A DNA stretch of 56,381 nt from Eubacteriales bacterium (GTDB taxonomy: Bacteria > Bacillota > Clostridia > Oscillospirales > CAG-272): assembly GCA_045633025.1 (NCBI GenBank), contig JAZQXS010000159.1, forward strand, positions 1-56,381, written 5' to 3'. A program made the translations under genes and the position numbers. Shown one piece after another: positions 45,788 to 53,910 of the stretch. Below the pieces are notes generated by a model that did not search any database, was not told the origin of the DNA, and worked only from the letters and a program-made list of their open reading frames with translations. Within the stretch, counting starts at the first letter, position 1; every line of letters begins with the position of its first letter.

Positions 45788-46456
45788 TCAAATCCGAATC
45801 ACAACAGGCGGTTGTCTGTCGGACTCGATGTACCTCCAAAATTTTGTTACTTCGTCCTCGACGTATGACATGTCCGCGCGAACCTCGTCGGCTTCGATGT
45901 TGTATTCTCTGGTTTCGGCGGTGCTGTCGGGGAATCGCAACTCTGCCGACAACACCAAGAAATCAAATTGCGTGATGTTGAGCTGATCTACCACCTGGCA
46001 AAAGTAGTTATTCGGGATTCTTCCCTCCCATTCCTCCAACGCGCGTTTGGATTGAATGAGCGCGGTTTTGCACTCCCAAACGCCGCGCTTTCCATCGGAG
46101 ATCCGAACCAACTCGCCGTCGAGGGTGCAGGTCATGTACGGCTTTTCTCCGTGGTGGTAAACGAGGAACGGCTTGTACTCCACCTTGTAGTCACGCCGAT
46201 GCTTCAAAGCAAACAACGCTCGAAGATGCTCCTCGGCTTCCGTCCCGTAGGAAACGCGCTCGTCCTCGGAAATATCGTCTGGAGACTTGCGCCCCGTCTT
46301 TTCCTGCCAAAGATCCAGCGGTGACTTGTAGGACGCTTGTCCCAAGATGATCGCAACCTCCGATGCGCCGATGCTCTTGGAGCGTCCGGCAAGCCAATCC
46401 TCACGGTCCTTGTACTGAACCGTCGTCGGCGGTTTCCTGTGAAACGGTCTTACCAC
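45788..46456 (-). CDS. YqaJ-type (lambda Exo-like) recombination exonuclease; GTG start inferred
   Basis: WLAGRSKSIGASEVAIILG...LDGEL...ECKT motifs. The GTG at 46456 overlaps the upstream stop. Confidence 0.7.
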   Translation of the reverse strand: MVRPFHRKPPTTVQYKDREDWLAGRSKSIGASEVAIILGQASYKSPLDLWQEKTGRKSPDDISEDERVSYGTEAEEHLRALFALKHRRDYKVEYKPFLVYHHGEKPYMTCTLDGELVRISDGKRGVWECKTALIQSKRALEEWEGRIPNNYFCQVVDQLNITQFDFLVLSAELRFPDSTAETREYNIEADEVRADMSYVEDEVTKFWRYIESDRQPPVVIRI

Positions 46457-46644
46457 GGCTCCTCCCGCTTCTTTTCGATCTCGATCGCCGCGCCGACAAA
46501 GCAGAATAGCAATCGGAACGTAATTCCAAAGAGGAACGCGTCCTCGGTGCTTTGGTAGGATGCCTCCGCCGAGAGCTTTCTTCTCCCTCGGCTCCCGTGC
46601 TTTCCGCACATCAGATGAAGGCACCCGAGCTTCTTATGCTTCAA
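46450..46644 (-). CDS. Small hypothetical protein (64 aa, TTG start)
   Basis: GGGAGGG RBS 6 nt before the TTG. Fills the gap between ssb and the exonuclease gene. Confidence 0.3.
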   Translation of the reverse strand: MKHKKLGCLHLMCGKHGSRGRRKLSAEASYQSTEDAFLFGITFRLLFCFVGAAIEIEKKREEPW

Positions 46645-46658
46645 AATATTCCCTCCCT

Positions 46659-47090
46659 TCAGAACGGCAGATCGTCTCCGCCGCTTTGGTTGAATTGCGG
46701 CACGTTGCTTTTTGCAAACGCGGGAGCATCGTAGGTGGTGCTGTCCGCGTTCGCGCGTGCCCCACTGTAATCCTTCAGGGGAACGATCTCGTCAACGACG
46801 ATCCGCGTTACGTATTTTTGATTTTCGTCTCGGTCGCGGTAATCGTCGATATGAAGTTCGCCCGAGATCATCAAGCGATCTCCCTTTCGGAAATAGCGGC
46901 AAAGATAATCCGCGTGATGCCGCATAGCGGTAAAATTGATAAAATCGACATCCTGCTGCCCATCCTTGGCATACTTGCGCTTCACCGCGATCCGCGTCTC
47001 ACAGATCTGGGTTCCGTTCATCGTCATCTTCAATTCGGGGTCGTATACCAGATTCCCCAGCAGCAAGACCTTATTGTACGTGTTCGCCAC
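46659..47090 (-). CDS. ssb: Single-stranded DNA-binding protein
   Basis: NKVLLLGNLVYDPEL OB-fold N-terminus and C-terminal DDLPF. Confidence 0.9.
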   Translation of the reverse strand: MANTYNKVLLLGNLVYDPELKMTMNGTQICETRIAVKRKYAKDGQQDVDFINFTAMRHHADYLCRYFRKGDRLMISGELHIDDYRDRDENQKYVTRIVVDEIVPLKDYSGARANADSTTYDAPAFAKSNVPQFNQSGGDDLPF

Positions 47091-47105
47091 GTCATACCTC
47101 CTTTT

Positions 47106-47294
47106 TCATTGCACGTAAAATCCGATCTCTACCATGCAGTTGTCGCAGATGACCGTATCGTCGTCAATCTTGTACGCGTAGTCACCCACACGTATCTTGT
47201 ACCTGCAACGCTTGCAAACGTAAAGAACATCGAGCTTCTCAATATAGTTCGGACAAGCCGATGGGCAGAAATCCTGCCTGCATTGGTCACACAT
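47106..47294 (-). CDS. Cys-rich zinc-ribbon protein just downstream of the DGR RT (start uncertain)
   Basis: CDQC...CKRC...CDNC motifs. Confidence 0.4.
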   Translation of the reverse strand: MCDQCRQDFCPSACPNYIEKLDVLYVCKRCRYKIRVGDYAYKIDDDTVICDNCMVEIGFYVQ

Positions 47295-47296
47295 CC

Positions 47297-48331
47297 TTAT
47301 GTTCCTTCCCTTAATAATTTTTCGATCATACTCTTCATGGATCGAGCAAGACTTTCGCAATCGCCCTGCGAAAGGTGATTTTGGTAGGACTGAAATGAGG
47401 TTTTTAGTACCTCCTCGGACCTTTTACCTTTCGACACAAGCAATGCCATTCTTCTGTATTTTCTTTGAGCGTTTCGCTTGTTTTCGTTTCGGACTTTTCG
47501 CACAATCTTGCCGTCGCTCGTCAGATAGGTGTGAAAACCAAGATAGTCCAGCCCATTTTTGATCGGTGCGATCTGCGTTTTTCCATTCAGCGTAAGATCA
47601 AGCGTTTTCAAATACTCCGTGATGATTTCAAGGCAGTTTTTTAGATACTCTTTGCTTGGATGCAGTAAATAAAAATCATCCATATACCGCCCGTAAAATT
47701 CAATCCCGAGTTCTCTTACAATCAGCTTATCCAATCCATCCAAATAAAGGAGCGCAAGACCTTGATTGATCTGATTGCCAAGCGGAAGCCCTTTTCCATT
47801 GGTACTATCTATAAACAAATGGCATAGCCAGCATATATCGGAATCGGAGCCAAAATAATAATCCACCGTATCCTTCATCTGCTCATGGGAAATGTTATAG
47901 AAAAACTTGGATATATCGCATTTGAGAACGTAACCATTCCGTTCATACCTTTGGTAGAATCTTTCCATGTGAAAAGATAGCCGATCAAGTCCGAATAGCG
48001 TCCCCTTGCCGATCTGTCCAGCGCAGTTATCGTACAGAAAAATGCGTTGGAGTTTCGGTAGAAGTACGTTGTCACATAGACTGTGCTGCACGACCTTATC
48101 CTTGAATGAGGTCGTCTGAATCAACCGTTCCTTTGGCTCGTAAACCTTAAACTCATGATATGGAGATATTTGATAGGTTTTGCTCTTTAGCTGATCGATA
48201 AGAATATTGATTCCCTCAATCGGCATCATTCCAAATTTTGCCGAGCTTTTCTTATACCCCTTCCCACATTTGGATTTGCGGTAGGCTCGGTACATATTTT
48301 CAAAGTCGATCACTTTCTCAAAATCGGTCAT
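47297..48331 (-). CDS. DGR reverse transcriptase
   Basis: YMDD catalytic box and LGNQINQ in place of the group II/retron motif. A TR lies immediately upstream and avd is adjacent. The ATG is at 48331; the longer ORF extension merely reads through the TR. Confidence 0.9.
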   Translation of the reverse strand: MTDFEKVIDFENMYRAYRKSKCGKGYKKSSAKFGMMPIEGINILIDQLKSKTYQISPYHEFKVYEPKERLIQTTSFKDKVVQHSLCDNVLLPKLQRIFLYDNCAGQIGKGTLFGLDRLSFHMERFYQRYERNGYVLKCDISKFFYNISHEQMKDTVDYYFGSDSDICWLCHLFIDSTNGKGLPLGNQINQGLALLYLDGLDKLIVRELGIEFYGRYMDDFYLLHPSKEYLKNCLEIITEYLKTLDLTLNGKTQIAPIKNGLDYLGFHTYLTSDGKIVRKVRNENKRNAQRKYRRMALLVSKGKRSEEVLKTSFQSYQNHLSQGDCESLARSMKSMIEKLLREGT

Positions 48332-48438
48332 GCAGTACAGTCCTTTTTGTTTATCTTTTTCCAAAGAAAGGTTGCGTGTTCTTTCGATGTGGTGCGCTGA
48401 TTTCGGATGTTTCCTACTCTGTCTGGCTTTCCACCGAT

Positions 48439-48505
48439 ACGGGCGAACCCCCATGTTGTCGTTGTTGTAGTTGTCGTTGTTGATGTTGCCGCGCGGGGAA
48501 ACGCA
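48439..48505 (-). repeat. DGR template repeat (TR, 67 nt)
   Basis: Minus strand reads TGCGTTTCCCCGCGCGGC-AACATCAACAACGACAACTACAACAACGACAACATG-GGGGTTCGCCCGT. It is adenine-rich, and both flanks are identical to the VRs. Confidence 0.9.
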
Positions 48506-48535
48506 AAAAAATACAACTCGCAACCTATTTGCTAT

Positions 48536-48904
48536 TTATTTCCTTTCGGACGTTCTCCATGCAATCGAAAGGAATTTCACATCGGAAACCATTTTTGTCC
48601 AGTAAGCCGCAGACTCCGGTGAAAGGAGCTGCAAGTTCATAGAAAGTTCAATGTAAAAAATAAGTTGATTGCATTTCGTGATGGCTTCTGTAATCATTTC
48701 GCAACGTCTGGCTTTTTGCGTTTGATTGTTCACAGAATTTGCTTCCAACAGGGTATCGTAAATATCAAGGCTTTTTTTCTGCATTTGATCTACCAACGAG
48801 TGCCTATACTTTTTAGGGTATCGATTGCAGTTTGACGTCAACTTAAACGTATGTACTGCAAGTTCCTTTGCCTTGATAATTACCCTCAAATCATTATCTG
48901 CCAT
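48536..48904 (-). CDS. avd: Avd accessory variability determinant (four-helix-bundle protein)
   Basis: 122 aa and helical. Lies between the target gene and the TR, which is the canonical DGR position. Confidence 0.75.
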   Translation of the reverse strand: MADNDLRVIIKAKELAVHTFKLTSNCNRYPKKYRHSLVDQMQKKSLDIYDTLLEANSVNNQTQKARRCEMITEAITKCNQLIFYIELSMNLQLLSPESAAYWTKMVSDVKFLSIAWRTSERK

Positions 48905-48906
48905 TT

Positions 48907-49434
48907 TTACTCGTCGGAAGATTCAAAGATAGCAGAGGAAAAGATCCAAAACGGGCGAACCCCCATGAAGTCGATGAAGTAGTAGACGAAGTTGACGTAG
49001 CCGCGCGGGGAAACGCAAGCAATCCAATCATCATCGGTATATTCGCTCGTTTCCCATGGAGTAGAAAGCCAAAACCAATCCGTTAAGGGATACTTTGCAA
49101 AAATGCTTCGGTTGCTTCTGTAAAAATCGAATGTAGGGAGGCTGACCTTCGATCTCAATACACCGTGCTTCCGAGAACCATCCACAGAGATCAAATCGGT
49201 TTCAAATTCCAAGACATTCTCTGCACCGATCTCGCGCTCAATTTCGGGCAGATATTCTCCCAACACCCTTTTGAGAATGTCGCTTTTGGAAAGGTCATTG
49301 GTTGGTCCGAACCGAGACTTAAACAGAAAATCCTTTTGCACCGCAGCAATTCCGCCCTGGCACTCACCGAATCGGATAAATTCGTACTTTCCGATTTTGA
49401 ACGTTTCTCCGATTTTTGCTTTGATTTTTTCCAT
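48907..49434 (-). CDS. DGR variable protein 1 (175 aa)
   Basis: AAGGAG RBS. C-terminus ...WFWLSTPWETSEYTDDDWIACVSPRGYVNFVYYFIDFMGVRPFWIF contains VR1. Confidence 0.85.
   Translation of the reverse strand: MEKIKAKIGETFKIGKYEFIRFGECQGGIAAVQKDFLFKSRFGPTNDLSKSDILKRVLGEYLPEIEREIGAENVLEFETDLISVDGSRKHGVLRSKVSLPTFDFYRSNRSIFAKYPLTDWFWLSTPWETSEYTDDDWIACVSPRGYVNFVYYFIDFMGVRPFWIFSSAIFESSDE
48951..49017 (-). repeat. DGR variable repeat VR1 (67 nt)
   Basis: Same length as the TR. All 11 differences fall at TR adenines. Confidence 0.9.
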
Positions 49435-49457
49435 TTTGCTTCTCCTTTTTAGTTTTT

Positions 49458-50075
49458 TCAAGATTCAAAGATATTGGATTTCAAGATAAGAAACGGGCGA
49501 ACCCCCAAGTTGCCGTCGACGTAGCCGTAGTCGAAGCAGCCGCGCGGGGAAACGCACTTGACAAGCGTTGAACTTTCGTGCCTCGGAGTGCTCCACGGTG
49601 TCACCAACCACCAGTATTTATACAGCCGATCCAAATCAAGAATGTCAACGTAACGGCGATAAAGATCGGTCGTAAGAAGCGAGCACTTTTCGCTGATCTT
49701 TCCATAGTCGCGCAACCCATCATCGGAAGTGAGGTCCACCGTATGTTCTACGATATTTTCCTCTCCAACGATTGCGGCAATCTCCGCAGCAAACTCACGG
49801 CAGACCTTCTGTGCGTTGCTTCCTCGGAAATCGTTGTTGGCTCCGAACTTGACGTTCTCTTTGTAAAGAGATTTCAAGAGCAGCGAGACCGTATCCCCGG
49901 ATTTCTCAAGAACGAGAAATTCGTATTTGCCGATACGTGCGATCGTCTCCCCCCTTTCGTTCTGCTTGGTGTAAAAACGGTCCTTCACGCCAAGTGCCTT
50001 TTTGATCTCGGAGAGCTTGTCCTCCTCGATCTCGATCTTTTTGCCATTCAGGCAGATGTAGTTTTTGGTTTTCAT
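49458..50075 (-). CDS. DGR variable protein 2 (205 aa), a paralogue of variable protein 1
   Basis: GGAGG RBS and ATGA coupling. C-terminus ...YWWLVTPWSTPRHESSTLVKCVSPRGCFDYGYVDGNLGVRPFLIL contains VR2. Confidence 0.85.
   Translation of the reverse strand: MKTKNYICLNGKKIEIEEDKLSEIKKALGVKDRFYTKQNERGETIARIGKYEFLVLEKSGDTVSLLLKSLYKENVKFGANNDFRGSNAQKVCREFAAEIAAIVGEENIVEHTVDLTSDDGLRDYGKISEKCSLLTTDLYRRYVDILDLDRLYKYWWLVTPWSTPRHESSTLVKCVSPRGCFDYGYVDGNLGVRPFLILKSNIFES
49493..49556 (-). repeat. DGR variable repeat VR2 (64 nt, one codon shorter than the TR)
   Basis: Flanks are identical to the TR. After a 3-nt gap, every difference falls at a TR adenine. Confidence 0.85.
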
Positions 50076-50356
50076 GATTTTTCCTCCGTGTATTTCTTTT
50101 TGAGTTCGGCATAATCTTTTTCGGTCAAGACGATAATGTTTCGGCATCCGTCAAAAAGGAAATCTGCATAATTGTTCTCAATCTCCTCAAAAATCTCCCT
50201 CGCAACCTCGCTCTTTGGTGCGACATCGGCGGCGGGCAATTTACTGATTTCGTCTGCGGATGCAAAATTTCCGTTGCAAAAAGATAGCGGATATTTTGCT
50301 ACGCAATTCTCTCGCAAATGCTTTATTGCTTTATCCGCATCAATATATCGTGCCAT
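50072..50356 (-). CDS. Hypothetical protein (94 aa)
   Basis: ORF translationally coupled on both sides. Confidence 0.5.
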   Translation of the reverse strand: MARYIDADKAIKHLRENCVAKYPLSFCNGNFASADEISKLPAADVAPKSEVAREIFEEIENNYADFLFDGCRNIIVLTEKDYAELKKKYTEEKS

Positions 50357-50357
50357 A

Positions 50358-50522
50358 TCATTCTCCTTTCTCCCCCGCTTTTGGCTTTGGTTTGTATAAA
50401 ACTTTTACACCATTCATACAGTTAATGGCTTTTTTGACTCCTAAACAACACACATAATGAAATCCATTCTCCGAAATAATCACTCTGCTGTTGTAGCACG
50501 ATTGGCATAAATGCGGTACCAT
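50358..50522 (-). CDS. Small Cys-rich hypothetical protein (54 aa)
   Basis: Hand translation gives MVPHLCQSCYNSRVIISENGFHYVCCLGVKKAINCMNGVKVLYKPKPKAGEKGE. The stop lies 1 nt before the next ATG. Confidence 0.35.
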   Translation of the reverse strand: MVPHLCQSCYNSRVIISENGFHYVCCLGVKKAINCMNGVKVLYKPKPKAGEKGE

Positions 50523-50537
50523 ATCACTCACCGCCTT

Positions 50538-50870
50538 TCAACACTCATAAGCAACCGCAACAAATGTATTAAGGTCACCAACTCTAATAAACATTGTTCC
50601 GTAGTAATCATCTCCGCAATATCCTGTGTGCTGATTAACAAAATACGGGATTTCTTCATCCATACATCTTCCGTCATCACTTAACAATTCGTCTTTATCG
50701 GTGAAAAGTTTCCCGTTTTCCATTTTGCAATTATAATAAATGCCGACAACGCCCCACGATGATAAATCTTCAAAAAACTCACTTTTTCCAAGTGTTTCTT
50801 TGATGTTTTCTAATTCCTTCATAAGGTCACCCATCTTTTTTAGCAATCTTAATGTTTTGTTTGTTGTCAT
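50538..50870 (-). CDS. Hypothetical protein (110 aa)
   Basis: ATGA coupling with the upstream gene. Confidence 0.5.
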   Translation of the reverse strand: MTTNKTLRLLKKMGDLMKELENIKETLGKSEFFEDLSSWGVVGIYYNCKMENGKLFTDKDELLSDDGRCMDEEIPYFVNQHTGYCGDDYYGTMFIRVGDLNTFVAVAYEC

Positions 50871-51205
50871 TCCGCTCCTCCTTTCATCTTCGGTGGTTCG
50901 GGGAACGGCATCCAATGGGTAGCTTCTACCATCTCATCATCGTTCAACCACTCAAAATGACTATGAAAATAATACGCTTCTCCTACGTTCCCGTACTTAT
51001 CACATACGATTATAAATTTACGATTATCTGGCAACCTCTCCTCAACGCTGATCCACTCCCCCTCACTCCGCTTGCTATACCCCATCTTGCAAAGATGCTT
51101 TGCGGTCTTTTCCCTGTCGAGGATGAAGTGTCCCGATTCCTCGTCAAAGTCCCAATGCTCCGCTTTTTGCAGGTCGGTTGCCATCTGCTTAATCTTCTTT
51201 TCCAT
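50867..51205 (-). CDS. DUF551-like protein
   Basis: WISVEERLPD...THWMPFPEPP pattern. Confidence 0.6.
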   Translation of the reverse strand: MEKKIKQMATDLQKAEHWDFDEESGHFILDREKTAKHLCKMGYSKRSEGEWISVEERLPDNRKFIIVCDKYGNVGEAYYFHSHFEWLNDDEMVEATHWMPFPEPPKMKGGAE

Positions 51206-51208
51206 CTG

Positions 51209-51286
51209 TTACACCCTCCCGACAAGGAATCCTATGATAAGACCTATAATCAAGCCTAAAAAGCAAAATATAAACTCGTTCGTCAT
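51209..51286 (-). CDS. Possible 25-aa membrane peptide (MTNEFIFCFLGLIIGLIIGFLVGRV)
   Basis: AGGAGG RBS 4 nt before the ATG. Fills the gap between flanking genes. Confidence 0.3.
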   Translation of the reverse strand: MTNEFIFCFLGLIIGLIIGFLVGRV

Positions 51287-51296
51287 AAAATCCTCC

Positions 51297-53327
51297 TCAC
51301 CCCACCATCACGTCGTGAAGCTCCGCCATGTCGGATATGCGCCTTTTGCAGCATTCCGGCAGATTTGCTCGCACTAATGCCTCTGCGACCGCCGGGCATA
51401 CAGCATTTCCGCATCTTGCGACTTGGTCTGCTCTTGTGATCGGATTTCCGTTCACGTCCTTGTCAATGATGTAATCGTGCGGGAAGCCCATCGCATCGTA
51501 AAGCTCGCGCGGTGTCAGCATCCGCAGACCAATGTCCGAAATGAAATACCAGATCCCGCGAATATTCAAAAGAAGGATCTCATCGTCCGCGAGATTATAG
51601 CCGCAATACTGATTGAGCATTTTTCGGATCTCGCTCCAATATCCAAGGTCTGTTTTACCGTCCCACTTGACAATCTTCGTGCGAACGTCGGCAAACTGTC
51701 CATCCCGCGCGGTCACGGTCATCAGAGGATCGGACGGATGCTGACCCTTGTCCTTACCCTTGAAATGTGCAAGGTGTGACAGGACAATCGAATTATGATC
51801 TACAGCCGTAACGGTAGGTGTCGGATCGTTTACATCAGAGCCATCAACTCCCGTGAAAAATTTGGACAGGAAGGCAGTAGTCACACCCTCACGCTCCATC
51901 GTCGTGATGGTTGCAAGAGGTTCCTCGGTAGAGTGATAATGCCCCTCGCCACTAAAATACTGCGTCAACCAAGCGGCGCCAAGTGCCTCTCGGTCCTTTG
52001 CTGTAATGGTCTGCGCGGGATCACGAATATCAATTCCGTCTCTTGCGTTTCCGTAATACTCGGAAAGGAATACAGAGGAAAGCCCATAGCGATTCGCCGC
52101 GTCAACCGTCTGGATTGGCTCGTCCAGCTTCTGTCCTCTGTGTTCCTTTGCGCTCTGCTCGGTGTGATACTGGATCAGACTCGGCGCAACAAGGATGTTT
52201 CTTCCGCCTGTTGTGACCGTCGGCACAGGCTCGTCCATTCCGTGCGGTGCGTTCCCTGCGTTGTTACAGATCGCATAGGGCGTCACCAATGGTTCAACCA
52301 CCATCTGCGCCCCAACCCCTGTCACAGTGTTTACGGGATCATTCATGTCAGTTCCACTCGCGTTTGAGTGGTTGTGCATATGATATGGCGTCATAAGAGG
52401 ATCGCAAGCGTACTGTTTCGTGCTGGATACTACCGTGGAAAGTGGCTCCTTCATATCATGCACGCGCGGAGCTTGTCCTTTGTTTTCACCATAGCCAACA
52501 GGAACAATAAACGGCTCCGCGCTCTTTATAACGAACTTGTCAAGCCCCCGTGCAATTCTTCGGAGAGTGTTTTCCTTGAGAGGACGCATAGCATTGATAC
52601 CGTACTGCTCCTTAATCTCCTTCTTGCTCGCAAAGATCGAAGGACACGGAAGGGAGAAGTCGATCACTTCCGCAGCGGATCTCCATGGCTTCAACTTTCC
52701 ACTCTTGACCTCCTCACTGTCTCTCGGCGCGTGTGTGCGTTCAGGGAAAACGATGGGTCTGCCATCGCAACGGGCGACAAGAAGGAATCGTGTGCGAATG
52801 GTTGGTGCTCCGAGATCAGCCGCACAGATCTTTCGGGTCTCCACCTCGTACCCGAGATCTTCCAACTGCGAGATAAACTTTCTGTAGGTCTGCCCCGCCT
52901 TTTTCTTAACTGGTTTCCCCTTACGCACGGGTCCCCATGTCGTAAACTCGGGAACGTTCTCCAGCATGATTACATCGGGACGAACCTCAGCCGCCCATTT
53001 GAGGGCAACCCATGCAAGCCCACGAATTTTCTTGTCTACAAGCGCGGAACCCTTGGCACGGGAGAAGTGCTTGCAATCGGGCGAGAACCACGCGAGGCGA
53101 ACGTGGCGACCACGCACGGCAGTCTTGGGATCGACCTGCCAAACATCTTCTATGTAATGTTCCGTAAACGGATGGTTCCGTTGGTGCATCATAATTGCGG
53201 CTTCGTTGTGGTTGATAGCCACGTCCACAGGATGACCCGTCGCCATCTCTATGCCCGTAGACGCTCCGCCACCCCCGGCAAAGCTATCCACAAAGCAATC
53301 GTCAAATATTCCGTATTGATAACTCAT
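51297..53327 (-). CDS. dcm: DNA (cytosine-5) methyltransferase with an expanded repeat region
   Basis: Motifs FAGGGG (I), SPDCKHFS (IV), ENV (VI), RMLTPREL (IX) and GNAVCP (X), plus eight [DE]PxxT[VI]x repeats. Confidence 0.9.
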   Translation of the reverse strand: MSYQYGIFDDCFVDSFAGGGGASTGIEMATGHPVDVAINHNEAAIMMHQRNHPFTEHYIEDVWQVDPKTAVRGRHVRLAWFSPDCKHFSRAKGSALVDKKIRGLAWVALKWAAEVRPDVIMLENVPEFTTWGPVRKGKPVKKKAGQTYRKFISQLEDLGYEVETRKICAADLGAPTIRTRFLLVARCDGRPIVFPERTHAPRDSEEVKSGKLKPWRSAAEVIDFSLPCPSIFASKKEIKEQYGINAMRPLKENTLRRIARGLDKFVIKSAEPFIVPVGYGENKGQAPRVHDMKEPLSTVVSSTKQYACDPLMTPYHMHNHSNASGTDMNDPVNTVTGVGAQMVVEPLVTPYAICNNAGNAPHGMDEPVPTVTTGGRNILVAPSLIQYHTEQSAKEHRGQKLDEPIQTVDAANRYGLSSVFLSEYYGNARDGIDIRDPAQTITAKDREALGAAWLTQYFSGEGHYHSTEEPLATITTMEREGVTTAFLSKFFTGVDGSDVNDPTPTVTAVDHNSIVLSHLAHFKGKDKGQHPSDPLMTVTARDGQFADVRTKIVKWDGKTDLGYWSEIRKMLNQYCGYNLADDEILLLNIRGIWYFISDIGLRMLTPRELYDAMGFPHDYIIDKDVNGNPITRADQVARCGNAVCPAVAEALVRANLPECCKRRISDMAELHDVMVG

Positions 53328-53353
53328 TGCTTCTTTCTCCTAAAATTTAATTT

Positions 53354-53707
53354 TCAGCACCTCTCCAAGCTATCCACAAATTCAAAGGGATAGCCGCCGT
53401 CCCCGAGGATGGAAAGATGCTCCTTAACAAACGCCTCTTGCTCCTCTTTGGTTTTCATGCGACCATTCGCGCGATAGATACGCTTCCATGAGCCTATCCA
53501 GCACAGGATCTCGTCGGCGGTTGCTCCATTCTCCGCAAGAGCGACCGCGCCGTAGAGGATCCACGTCTTTTGCATCTCGACTTCTTCCCTGTCTACCTGC
53601 TGATTGATGAGAGTATTGGATGCGTCGGCAAACGCTTTCCGTATCATTTCCTGTGCCGAAGGCTTGAGATCATCCCAATCCTTCGGCAATCTCGCTTTCA
53701 AGCTCAT
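53354..53707 (-). CDS. Hypothetical protein (117 aa)
   Basis: ATGA coupling with the Lar-like gene. Confidence 0.5.
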   Translation of the reverse strand: MSLKARLPKDWDDLKPSAQEMIRKAFADASNTLINQQVDREEVEMQKTWILYGAVALAENGATADEILCWIGSWKRIYRANGRMKTKEEQEAFVKEHLSILGDGGYPFEFVDSLERC

Positions 53708-53910
53708 GCGGTTTCCTCCGTTTCCAACATGGAGTTCCCGCGATTCCATTGATCTACCGCATCTCGGACGGACGATCCAATGGAGGACTTCGCGCGGCAT
53801 CTCGGGCATTGAATCAGATAACCATGGTCCAATCCAAGATAAACGCTATCGGTCATTCTCAAGCGGTCGTATCCGCACACTTGACACGGATTCAGTTTCA
53901 CTCGTTTCAT
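53704..53910 (-). CDS. Lar-family restriction-alleviation-like zinc-ribbon protein
   Basis: CQVCG...CPRC...AVDQWNRG pattern. Confidence 0.55.
   Translation of the reverse strand: MKRVKLNPCQVCGYDRLRMTDSVYLGLDHGYLIQCPRCRAKSSIGSSVRDAVDQWNRGNSMLETEETA

Larger units (their letters stand above)
47297..50075 (-). mobile_element. Diversity-generating retroelement cassette, in order target2-target1-avd-TR-RT
   Basis: See the component features below. Confidence 0.9.

Noticed and set aside
46457-46624. Long N-terminal extension of the YqaJ exonuclease ORF
   Set aside because: The extension is Arg/Gly/Pro-rich and overlaps a better-supported small ORF. A GTG start at 46456 places the IGASE motif at its usual distance from the N-terminus.
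47297-48331. Retron or group II intron reverse transcriptase
   Set aside because: The adjacent Avd gene, the adenine-rich TR and two VRs with adenine-only differences identify a DGR. No intron RNA domains or maturase/endonuclease domains are present.
48332-48523. N-terminal extension of the RT ORF (MRVVFFCVSPRGNINNDNYNNDNMGVRP...)
   Set aside because: This stretch is the template repeat and spacer read in frame. The RT starts at the ATG at 48331, and the similarity to the VR proteins reflects TR/VR homology.
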